Positions 38,551 through 49,700 of a DNA stretch of 64,000 bases are shown in pieces. The position numbers and the translations under genes were made by a program. The notes below the pieces were generated by a model. The model saw only the letters and a list, made by a program, of their open reading frames with translations. It did not search any database and was not told the DNA's origin. The DNA is from Balanoglossus misakiensis. Taxonomy: Eukaryota; Animalia; Hemichordata. The DNA lies in contig CM082579.2 of assembly GCA_040954595.2 (NCBI GenBank), positions 3,709,227 to 3,773,226 of the forward strand, given 5' to 3'. Position 1 is the stretch's first letter. The number at the start of each line of letters is the position of its first letter.

Positions 38551-41500
38551 GTAAGTTTCACCATTATTTTTCATTCACTCAAACATCAAAATCAAAAGAT
38601 TTCTAAGCAGTGAAGAACACTGCTGTCCAAAGTTAATTGCAATTTTGATCCTGACATACAAATCCACCAGACCGAATCACATTCATGCACACATGTATTT
38701 TTTTTCTTTCAACAGGACCATATTGTAGCCCACAAAATCGACACAGCTCTGTGGTTGTCCAGACTGTTTACTGTGATGTGTTGTGTTTTCTTTATTATTC
38801 CAATACTTGGGTAAGTCTTTTTTGTGCTTTTGTTAGCAGATAAAAACGCATGATCTGTGTCCCTTCAAAATTAATTGTACAGGTTATAGTTGACATTCCT
38901 GGGTGCATCCAAATTCGTACACCAGTAACCATGGCAACTAATGACTGTACATCTTCTCCCACGGTTACATATGCACAAAAAATTTATCCAGCATTGAAGG
39001 CAGAAATTCATTTCTATCAGGTTGAGAGTGCATCACACTGTCCATACTATCAGACGATCACACGCAGAATGTTTGTTTCTTGCTGTTGCTTGCAGGCCCT
39101 CGTTCACCAGCAGTGCGTACCAGCGGGCGCTGATCTGCAACGGTTTGACGAGCGCGCTGAGGCTTCACCAAAGGCTGCCAAGATTTCAACTGACCCGGGA
39201 GTTCTTCGGACGGATGTTGATGGAAGACAGCTGCCACTACATACTCTATTCACTCCTGTTCACCAACAGTTACCCCATCACACGTATCCTTTTGATGTTG
39301 ATAAATCCAGCATCTTTACTTTTAAGATTTTCCTTAATTCTGGCTGGGATGGGCATAGTCAAGTACCAGAAACATTTCTTCAGACGGAAAACACTGACAT
39401 CAATCACTCCAACATGTGGCAGGTTTTTTTTTCTGAAATTAAGAATTTAATCAACACCACAACTAGCTCCCAGTACCATTCAGAAGCAAATTGTCTCCCA
39501 GCAAAAAAATAATTGATGGCAATCTTCCTTCTAATATTTATATGATAAGAATATTATTTCTGTGGTGTGGACATGCTTCAGTTCCCAAGGTCGTATCAGT
39601 GGCCTGTAATGACAAATTAAACTGTGCTGTTTATTACTTTTTACAAGTAAAAGGCTGTCCGTCTTTGTTTTGATAATAATTAGAAAAATAGATTGGCTTG
39701 CAGATGACTCGATACCTGTAGAATTTAATATCTGTGAGAATTGTACTGTGAATGCAGCGGCACCAGTTAATGTTGATTACATGTCTGTCAGAAATGATAC
39801 TCTTTAGAAGAAATAGATTGAGAGAAAAAATATTATAATCATAAACGAGTTTAGTTTGTGTAATAAACACAGAGAATAGAATCATAATGTTCATCATCGG
39901 CTTTTGTCCTCCGGCAGTTATGCATATCGACTGTTTTTCTGCTTCAGTGAGTGACTAAATTTGTGAAATTTAACAGCTAATTCCTGGTTTGAGTCTGAAT
40001 GAACTTGTGTAATTATTTTGTAGAAGTATTGTACAAAGTTATGAGAGAGTAGCCTTTTGAGAATGGAGAGTTGATAACAAGACAATGAAGTGGAATTGTT
40101 GTGATGGGGGAGTCGTGTATTGCAGCATTTGAGTTGGGTGAATACGTCTGTAGGCAGTCGGAGGGAGTTTAACGGATCAGGGTTTTTTTCCAACCAGAAA
40201 CAAAATGTCACACTGTAAAGCTTCCAATTGATGCAGAGGATTTTGACTGATGTCTCTGTTAGTTTTTGATGAAGATAATAAGCTGCCCATATTGTGTTGA
40301 GATTGACATCGCAGACCATCACAGTGGCATGGACTCAGGGGTACACTGATCCGTACAAGACATATGTTTAATTTTATTGTGTGCAGATATTTGATTTAAA
40401 AATTAAATTGTGTGCAAGTTGCTCCTGATGTGATCCATAAAGAAAGGGATACGCTCAACTGATGGAAATGTAATGGAGGAAATATCACGTGCGAATCACT
40501 CTTGATTTCCTGTGCATATCTTCTGTTGTCAAACAAAAAAAAGATATACTCAAGTCCATGTTTTGTGATATTGGCACCTTTGTTTGGAAACAATAAATAA
40601 ATCAACGTCAAACATTTTCAACACCGAACGAACTTTCCACCATCAGCCAGGCTGCATGAGAATCTGTATGTAAGCCGAGCTTATCAGTGTCTATTGTGTT
40701 CTGCTAAAGCAAAAGAAACTCATCTATACATTTTCCCCCTTTTGAGTAAGTTGGTCCTAACAGAAAGGTTTTTAATTTCATCTATCTGTAATTTCCGTAG
40801 GGTTTGCTGCTTTGTGTTGTGTCGAATATGTGATACTTCATTGGTGATCGCAAAACACAAAAAAACTGAATTAAGAGTGAACAGGTGGCCTCCTCTTTGC
40901 ATTAAAATACTTTGTCGTGTGTTTTTCTTTTTATTCCCCCTTTTGCCTATTTTTTTTCCCTGTGGAACTACTCAATAAAAGGTGATCAAATATACGCGTG
41001 AACTGTACCGTCTTAGATACGTTTGAATGAATCGTAGAAAATAAAAAAAAGATAGGAAAATAGCAGTGTAAAGTGGCAATATGGTAAATGTATTAGCCGA
41101 CACAATGGCACGGGCCGGCCTTTGTGTTTCTGTAGCCGTACGATTGGGTTTGAAAATCCTTTTCAACTTACTTTTCTGTCAAACTGATGAAAATAATGCC
41201 ACATTTAGGAAAGTTTTTGAGGCATGAAATTGAATTGTAAATGGCTAAGTAGCAGGGCCGGGCCAGCTTTTGTGTGTTCGTGTACACGGCAGAATAGCAT
41301 GGGACCTTTACAATGGTGGTATTAGGGTACTCGGCAGCCAGGCTGATGTCTTCATTGAAATAAATTCATTTTCAGGGGGGAATAATGGATATAAAAAAAT
41401 CGAATTTGAGATGTGGCTACAAAATGTGCAAGATGGTCTCGTCATTATGTTCTTTTTACCCCCTTGTGTTGTTAAAGTCGGGCAGTGAAATCATTAGAGA

Positions 41501-42782
41501 ATGGTTCAGGGATTGCGTTGTTTTGGAACTCCAGATCAGCTGTCAAAACAAGGAGTTTATCATAAACACGGGGTCACTAATCATGCAGCAGGCTTAATAT
41601 TTTTCGATGCCCTTTGTGAAGAGTAAAAAATTGACAGAAATGCTATGGAAAAGTGCAACAACATCCTTTCATGTACAGTATTTCCATCTCATTGTTCACA
41701 CTTACAAATACATATTTTTTCAGTATTTTTTCTACTGAAGCATTACAAATAAAATTCCCAATATTTAGTTTATCAAGACAACCAATATGTGTGCAGTCAG
41801 CGTTGTTATTATGTGACACTGAATTCAGGTGTAAATTCTCTCTACAAGGGCTGTGTGTGGTTCAGGAATATTAAGAACTGTTTCAATGAAACATCTTTTG
41901 CATTGTCAAAATCCTTAACATTTGTCTACAGTGGTGTTGACCCCAGTGTTGTTGTATGCTTTGCTGCATTCGGCTGGTTATACGAAGTTACTCCTCAATG
42001 TAAGTTCAAACTGGTGTCAGTAGAGTAAAACCTGTCTAAACGTACAGACTCAGTCACTTGGCCCAAGTTCATTGCTACTCTAACCTATGACCCGTGACCT
42101 GTAACCCTGTATCTTCTGATTTTCTTCCAGTTGCATGGTGAGACATCGTTTCAGTTTGTGCGACGTCTGATAGAGAAGCTGTCGGCCAACCAACAGCAGC
42201 TGTTTAGATTTATAGCGCTTAACGAGATCATCATAATGCCATGCTTAATTGTCATGATATTTCTGTAAGTTTGAGACTCATTATAGAACTTTCTTTTTTT
42301 AAGAAGACATGGCACGAGTTAGTGCATAGCAGTGTGTATATCTTCAGTGAAAAATCGTTCATCTCTTCAAAGTACATTCACTTTTATTTACCCCTCCTTT
42401 TTTCATTTCAGAGGTAAATCTTCACTATTGTTACCATTTGTTTACTACCGGTTTCTGACGCTGCGTTATTCATCGAGACGAAACCCGTACTGCAGGTGAG
42501 TGATCTGTGAAAAGTACTGAAGTGAATGACAGATTTACTAGTTGATGCTTGCCAAGATCCTGATTATTTTCATTTGATGAATTGCATTGGAAGTCCTTGT
42601 TTTAAAGTTACTGGTATTTTTGCCTTCACAGAATCATGTTCTACGAAATGAGAGTGGTGTGCGAAAACTACAGCCGACAGCCGAGCTGTCCGGGATTCCT
42701 GCGAGCCTTGATCACCAAAGGCATCAGTTTCATCGAAAAGTTCGCCCCGCCAACAGAACCGGCACCTGCGGCACAAAGCTGA
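38404..42782 (+). CDS. TMEM33: Transmembrane protein 33 (Pom33/Tts1 family), join(38404..38550, 38716..38810, 39096..39283, 41932..41999, 42131..42264, 42412..42495, 42632..42782), 288 aa
   Basis: Motifs KIDTALWLSRLFTV, YQRALICNGLTSALRLHQRLP, EDSCHYILYSL, KLSANQQ, YYRFLTLRYSSRRNPYCR. Exon phases join into one ORF ending TGA at 42780-42782. Confidence 0.95.
38716..38810 (+). CDS. TMEM33: TMEM33 exon
   Basis: ctttcaacag|DHIVAHKIDTALWLSRLFTVMCCVFFIIPILG|gtaagt; 95 nt. Confidence 0.93.
38925..38938. promoter_or_regulatory. RFX X-box in a TMEM33 intron
   Basis: GTAACCATGGCAAC, a close match to the palindromic X-box. Confidence 0.45.
39096..39283 (+). CDS. TMEM33: TMEM33 exon
   Basis: ttgcttgcag|PSFTSSAYQRALICNG...SYPIT|GTATCCTTT; 188 nt. 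Confidence 0.93.
39284..41931 (+). other. U12-type (minor spliceosome) GT-AG intron of TMEM33
   Basis: 5' site GTATCCTTTT, branch sequence TCCTTAAC at 41912-41919, AG at 41930-41931, no long polypyrimidine tract; splicing keeps the frame. Confidence 0.93.
41932..41999 (+). CDS. TMEM33: TMEM33 exon
   Basis: (L)VLTPVLLYALLHSAGYTKLLLN|gtaagt; 68 nt. Confidence 0.92.
42131..42264 (+). CDS. TMEM33: TMEM33 exon
   Basis: tttcttccag|LHGETSFQFVRRLIEKLSANQQQLFRFIALNEIIIMPCLIVMIF|gtaagt; 134 nt. Confidence 0.92.
42412..42495 (+). CDS. TMEM33: TMEM33 exon
   Basis: tttcatttcag|GKSSLLLPFVYYRFLTLRYSSRRNPYC|gtgagt; 84 nt. Confidence 0.93.
42632..42782 (+). CDS. TMEM33: TMEM33 terminal coding exon
   Basis: gccttcacag|IMFYEMRVVCENYSRQPSCPGFLRALITKGISFIEKFAPPTEPAPAAQS*. 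Confidence 0.92.
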
Positions 42783-44859
42783 GGACACCACAGCGTCAAT
42801 TTGTTTCAATTCACAAAAATTGCTGATACGTTTGCACACTAGCAGTCACTATTCAGTGCTTACGGCATGCAGTTCCTTGGGAGTGTACCGCACCTCGGTC
42901 TGCGGTTCTGCACAGAATATCAGTAAAAGAAAGTTACCTCGAAATAATCAAAGCATTAAATTGTCACTGACACTTACTTGGTTGACTTAAATCAGACTTC
43001 AGAAATCAAGAAAAATAATTATGAGTCACAATTTTTGCATATTAAAACAAATCACTTCAAGTAAGTGTTTGAAATCCAATATGGCTGCCAGCTTGTTTTT
43101 CTGAATTTTGAGTGGGTGATTCTTTTTGCTATAAACAAGATGGTGAACATGACATAATTTTAGAGACGCCGCCACAACGGCAAATAATCTGTATTTAAGG
43201 TGCAATTGTTGAATTCTTAAATGTAGTGTAGTTTTTTCGCTGTGTTTTTGCGATTGATTTTCAGTATGGTGAGGTTTTCTTATAACTACTTCTAAATGTC
43301 AAGTGCATAATTTCTGAAGATGGCAGACAGCTTGTACTCCCCTTGAGAAATTCATGAATATGAACAAGACAGATTATTTTCTACTTCTGAAAGTTTGTCA
43401 AAGTGCAATAATAAAGATCTGCCAATGGTACTATGATGATACATTTAGTTGGGGAAGTTTACGGCCGGGTAAGAAATGGGCAGCTTTTCATATTAAACCC
43501 CTAAAATTCATTAAATAAAATGGGATTTCGGAAGAATCTGTACCTGGTCATTTCCTAAATATTTAAATATAGAAAACAGAAAAGATTAAAATGTACTTTG
43601 TAAATTGCCAATTTTTTTCCTATCTCATGATATGTAATTGTGTGTTGCATTTTTTGTATATGTCCAGTTGTTATTGTTTGTAACATCATAGAATGCAAAT
43701 ACACCAGATCATTATTGACTTGTATTGCAATGTGTCATGTGTATTTTGTTGTGAGAGACGCGCATGTGTGTGTGTTTGCCTATGATCAAGACAACCACTG
43801 GTCTGTTCTGCCCATTTCATAAATTACAGCCAATCACATTTGAGGAAGTTGGTAGTGGCTTTGTAACATTGCCTCTGATTGGTCATGTACTTTGTTCACC
43901 ATCAGTGCATCCATCTCCCCTATATCTATCACACAACAAGACCAAACTATTTACAAAGTATATCTTTTTATTTGTGATTGTGTACTTATAAATTAAAATC
44001 CATAAAATATGAGTGTGTCTCTAGAGTTTTTAAATGGGATATTTTTAGCTCTGTGGGAACTGAACAAGAGAGCCATCCTAATTCTGAAATTCAATTGGTC
44101 AAATATAGCTCTCCTTGAGAGCCTTAACGGTCATGTTTGCAAACTTGATAGGGAGTACAAAACTAAATAAACACTGCAAGTTAAAAATACCAGTATTAGC
44201 AAAGGAAAAAAATATTTCTTCTGAAAAACATATATCACAAACCTACACAATAGGTATATGAAAACTCTACTAACTTGCAAAAAAACTCCAACAGGAAAAA
44301 TATAAATGCTAACACACCCTAAAATCAATGAATCCCACTGCATCAAGGGATATATCTACAGCAAGGGATTCTGGGAATGCTTGAAAATATAGACAGTACT
44401 GACCTGAGTTCTAATATAAAATAATTTGACACGGCAGTTTACGGATAAAAAAAAGAGATCACGCTATTTCTTTTTAGCTTTCATAAAATGTAGTTCACAA
44501 AAAAAAAATTCTCAGAATATCTATGAAAGTTTGAAACATGCACTTTATTTCTTCAGATTTGTGAAGTATATGCTAACCATGTCAACTTCCAGTACTGATG
44601 TTAGGAAAAACAGGAAAGGGGTAACTTAAATTACAGAAAACAGAATATCTTTTTTTTTGTTCGTGCCCTAAAAGTTTGGGCTTAATTTTCCTCATAATAT
44701 CTTGGATAGGCTTGTCAGTGGAAATGAAGGCTGGTGTATTTCTTTTCATTCAAGGTGAGGCTTGTCTAAAAATCAGACTGTACACACGCATCAATCGGAG
44801 TGAGCTTAAGTACGGTAGTTATGGAGTTATATCTTTTTCTACGCAGAGGCTGCTGAGCA

Positions 44860-45003
44860 TGCATGTATGTATGCATCTGTCTGTCGGTCTGTCTGTCTTT
44901 GTCTATGCCTGCCTGCCTGCCTGCCGACATGTGTCTGTCTGTCTCGGTCTGCCTACCTGTTTGCCTAACCATGTATGCCTGTCTAAATCTACGTGCCTGT
45001 CTT
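44860..45003. repeat. Compound degenerate tetranucleotide repeat (ATGT/CTGT/CTGC)n
   Basis: tctgtctgtcggtctgtctgtc...gcctgcctgcctgcctgcc. Confidence 0.8.
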
Positions 45004-46535
45004 TCCAATGTAAGAGCCTGCCGTCACACAAGTCGCAAACGGCCGACCATAAGAAAGTATTGCTGCCTATTAACTAATGAAGTCTGTGGTCTGTACAGTA
45101 AGAAGTGATAGGAAACACAGAACCAGGTGAAGTTAATAATATGCAATAAATACTTCATGTGACTATATATACAAGCTGTTGCTGATGTATAGAAAAACAC
45201 GCCCACGAAAAATGTGTACCTGTCGGAGGGCCATCCAACCGAAAAAGAGCTTTTCATGACCCTTAGCACACATTCCTGTCGTGAAAATTCTGTCAACTTG
45301 TCCTCGAAATGTCAGATATGCCATACTTCCTTTACATGCATATATCGCGCAGACACAAGCACAAGACATGATTTTATTTTGTTTGGCTAGTCTCGAGGGC
45401 ACAAATCGAATAATATCACTAGCGTGTTTTTTTCACTTCTGCATGCATGGAAGTGACCCTTTTTGATGTGAAAATTAATAAGTAATGAGTGTGAACCTAT
45501 ACGACGCGTCATACACGTGTCACACACACCTCTGGGACAGGCAATCGGAGAAAGAAAACATGTTTTGATTTTCTCCATTCTCTGGCATTGGGATGGGACA
45601 AGTGCACCTTTTGATAAGGCGTTGCATCCAGAGACTAGTGTGAATCACGAATTCCAATAAAGAAATACGAAATGTGAGGATTTTTTAATTCGTCAGAACG
45701 CAGTTATCACACGCCTTGCTCACTGTAGGGTGCGTGCTGCAGTTGATATGTATGAAAGCGAGTTCATCGCGATCAGGTATCGCAAAAAAGCGTTCCCCCA
45801 AGGGTGGGATCTGCTACAGAACTTGAGGATCAATTCTGAAATGGATATTGATTTGAGAGCTATGAATTTTGATGATTTCCACCACAAGAGACAATGTCCA
45901 CACTAAAACTGATTGCTTTTCTACTTTGTAGACTGCTTATGACACACAAGGAAGAATAAAGAACAAAACTGTTGAATTTGTTTGGAAGTGCATGGAAGAC
46001 ATGAGGAAAAGGGTCGAATACTCCACAAAGTCTATGAAAGACACAATCCTACATTTAAGCGACTCACATTTGGAGAAAAAAAAACATAATTATATCTATC
46101 AGGCAAATAAAATAAGTTTTCATATTTCATCTAATTTTAGGTTATGTTTGAACAGCATTAAAGTTCTGCTGGAGGTAGTATTTGTACAAAATATCAAAAA
46201 TTTCTTTTCTTTTTTTTCTCATTTTATATATGCTGGAAATGGTGAAGTACTGTCAGGTGAACGGGAGGCTTGGAATCAAAGGTAAAAAGTGTGATCTCAG
46301 CACAAGGCAAAGAATTTGGTCTCGGCTTTACAAGTCTGCAGTGGTGAACTGTGATTGTAATACTTGGTAAAGGAAAAAAACTGAGACGTCTGGGGAAAGG
46401 TCCCATTGATATTAAGACAAGCTGCGATTTCCAGTTTGTCAAGAAAATCTTTTTAAAACGAGTGATGGAAACTTCTGTTGTGATATTACAGTCCACGTCA
46501 AGAGATGAGTGGTGATATCATAAGTAGCATGGCCC

Positions 46536-46714
46536 TCAATCTTCGTCTTCGATGTCTGCCATGTCATCTTCATTGTCTTCGTTGCCGTTGTCGATGTCTT
46601 CCTCGCTCCCTCGGTTTTCTTCTCCTTGTCCGTCCATTCTGTATGGAGGATACTCCATGTGGCCGTTCTTGGCGAGGAAGTTCTCCGTGAAGCTCTGAAG
46701 ACTTCCCCTTATGT
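46536..46714 (-). CDS. DACH: Dachshund terminal coding exon (acidic tail)
   Basis: atcttttcag|(D)IRGSLQSF...EDDMADIEDED*; phase 1 matches the previous exon. Confidence 0.75.
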
Positions 46715-49700
46715 CTGAAAAGATGGGGGTGAAAAAAACCCAAAAACTTAGAATTGGTGCTCGTATTATTTTGACCGAGTTAAAACCACAGGCAAAGAAG
46801 AAACACAAGAAAATGGTCCATTACTTCACTGAGCATTAAATGTAACAATGAAGCAAAGAGAGCTAAAAACAATCCCAAACACAAAGCATTTGTAATTAGT
46901 TTGTCAAATTGCTGTTATTGCTTTATTTACGATCTAACAAATATTCCCTTTTTTTCTGCTTGTCAAAGCGAATAGTACCATTTCTTTACGATCACAATTA
47001 CTTAGTAATTTATGGTGATTGCTTCAAAAACGCAGATAATATATGGTCAACCAATAGGAAATGAGGAGGGGGGAAACATTGAATTAGAATAAAAAGCTAA
47101 ATCAACACTAGAGTAATTTCGGAGCCAACAAACTATCAATTTAAGCGAAGTCAAATTTTGATTTCCACCCGCGTTTGCGAGACAATTCTCTGTTGAATAT
47201 TGCCGCGAAGCACACTCATCCAGTCCCGTTTGATTTTCACTCGCGTCCAGCCGGCTGATTTATTTCACTTTATATTTGCAGAGTTTGACTCGGGGGCTGA
47301 ATGCGACGGGACGCGGAATGATGATTCATGTGCAAACGCAAGACAGGTGGTTTGTGTATTATTGCATATTCCATCTTCAAATTGATCAAAGTTCAACACA
47401 AAATTGCTTTTCAGTTTCAATCTATCTCAGTTCATTGTAAGGCATTTATCAGAGCACGCATCCATTTTGACAAACACCATAAAGGATATTTATCAGGTTC
47501 TAAGATCTCAGTGGTGGCTTTTATGCTTTTATAAAAAAAGAGCAGTGCACTACTGTGCATATTTTAGTCCTTCAAAGTGAATCTACGTTTGCATTTAATG
47601 AGCCGTGGTTTGATGCATTACAGAAAGCTAAATATCCTTCGGGTCAAGGGGCTTTAAAAAAAACTCTGATAAATTTTCAGATACACCAAAATGATGTCCT
47701 GCTATACTGTTTATTAAATTGCATATTATCAATTTCATAAACCTCTTAATGCAATCTTCCAGCTTCATTTTGTGGCCATTCATAATAACCTCATCGTACC
47801 CCGTATCACCATCTTGCCGTACTCAACCCATCCATCCATCCATACTCCATCATTTTCATTAACTTTTCCTCGTACTCCTATCCCTATACGCTTAACCTAT
47901 CCACTCATCCGTATTCCTTCATTTCCACCGGCATTTCTGGCATTGCCATTCCCTCTTCACACTCATCGCATCCACATCCATCTGTATTCCTTCTCTCCCA
48001 GTGACTATCCCACAATTACTCTCCCTCCCATATCCAGCCCATCCATTATCCCTATTCCGTTCATTTCCCCGCGTCTTTTCTCGTCTGTCAGTCTTCCCTC
48101 CACACTTGACCTGCCATCCGTTCATCCGTATTCCTCTGTTTCCATAGGCAACGAGCGCGTTACCGCCCAATCACACTCGACCTTCATCTGCAGTCCTCTA
48201 ATCTCTGTTGCAAAAATATTACCTAGAAGTTTTCTTTCAGCGTCTGTCCGTGCATTTCTTTCCATCCTCAACTCTTGTGTCAGCGCGTCGCTTGGATAGC
48301 CGGCAAATTTTGACGTCGTTAACTGTGAGTCTGCAAACAGAGAGAGAACTTCATTTACTGTGAGCTGTACGTACTATTTTCTCAAAACTTTTCCCCAAGT
48401 CATTTCTTTTCTTCGTCAGGCGACATGATGTTACTTAATGTTACTTAAGCCAGATGACTCAAAACCTACCACTGTAAACCCGTGAAGCATCCGACGAATT
48501 CTGTTTTATTGAGACTTCCGACTGAGCACGCATTTTTTGTTCATTTTCAAGTTGCTCTTGGAGTTTTCTCTTGGCCTTCTTTTCTTTCTTGAGCCTCTTT
48601 TGGATGATTGCTGCAAAACAACACAGAAAAGACTGATTAGTAGAATTGAACACATAATCTTATTTGTTCTTTTCTAAGTAACATGATGGATGGAAGTCCC
48701 TCTGTCTCACAGAAATCTCCAGCAAAAAAACAAATGTGTCTGCTGTCCAGAATTTGAATGTCAACCATTCTATTTACCTCTCGTCTTTTGTTCTGCAAGT
48801 AACTGTTTTTCCAGAGATTCTCTGAGTTCCTTCTCGCGGAGCAGTTCCATTTTCAACTCAGCTGAAAGATACAAAAAGATGTCTGTCACATTATGGTATT
48901 TCAGGTCTCATCTGCTGTTAGGAAAGACAACAAGCAAATAAAACAACACCCTTTGAAACGGCAATACCAGTGGTGATAAACTCCCCAATCTCACCTTTTT
49001 CCAAGTTGATCTGTTTCTCTTGCTGTTTGGCGTTATCTGCGGCCACTTTGAGTAATCCCTGAATATTTGTGAGCAGTGTTTCGATTGATGATGAGGAGTT
49101 TTCCGGCATTGTGTACAGCGATGCCTGGCTGTACGAAGAACTTCCGATGCTGCTGACCACTTTTTCCTTCTCTCTAGAGTTGTGAAGATCCAACGGAAGT
49201 CGGCTAATATCTGAAACGAAAATATGGTCATACAATGAGTCTTTATGCCATATGTAAATATTGCCAAAGAAATGCAATGAACAACATTTGTACCATTTCA
49301 AGCATGACTTTCTGGTACAGACCTCAAAAATGTCACAGACAATGTGGTGGCGCATATTTTTCAGGTGACCACCAAGTGAAAATCTCTGATTGGCTAATTT
49401 CCACTTTCCGTGATGACCGTGGTTAAATTTGCATTTAATGGGAATGTATAGGAAAAGCATTGTGTAGAGTAGGAGTTATTGCCAACAGCGCCACACCATG
49501 GTACAGACACTAGGTCACAGCACGGGCAAGACATACATGTAGCCAGGGAGACTACATAAAGGCCAATGTGTCAATCATAGGGCAGCATGTAAGGATCATG
49601 GAGAGGGGGGCATCTTACAACAAGAAAAGACTGCACAGAAGCCTACAGATACAAATAAAACCACTAAAGAATGAAGTCAAAGTTACCCAGGGAAGTCAAT

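Noticed and set aside
38850-39512. 220-aa plus-strand ORF overlapping a TMEM33 exon
   Set aside because: Different frame from the conserved TMEM33 peptide and mostly intronic.
47772-48299. 175-aa Pro/Ser/Ile-rich ORF
   Set aside because: Arises from a pyrimidine-rich low-complexity tract that is poor in stop codons.
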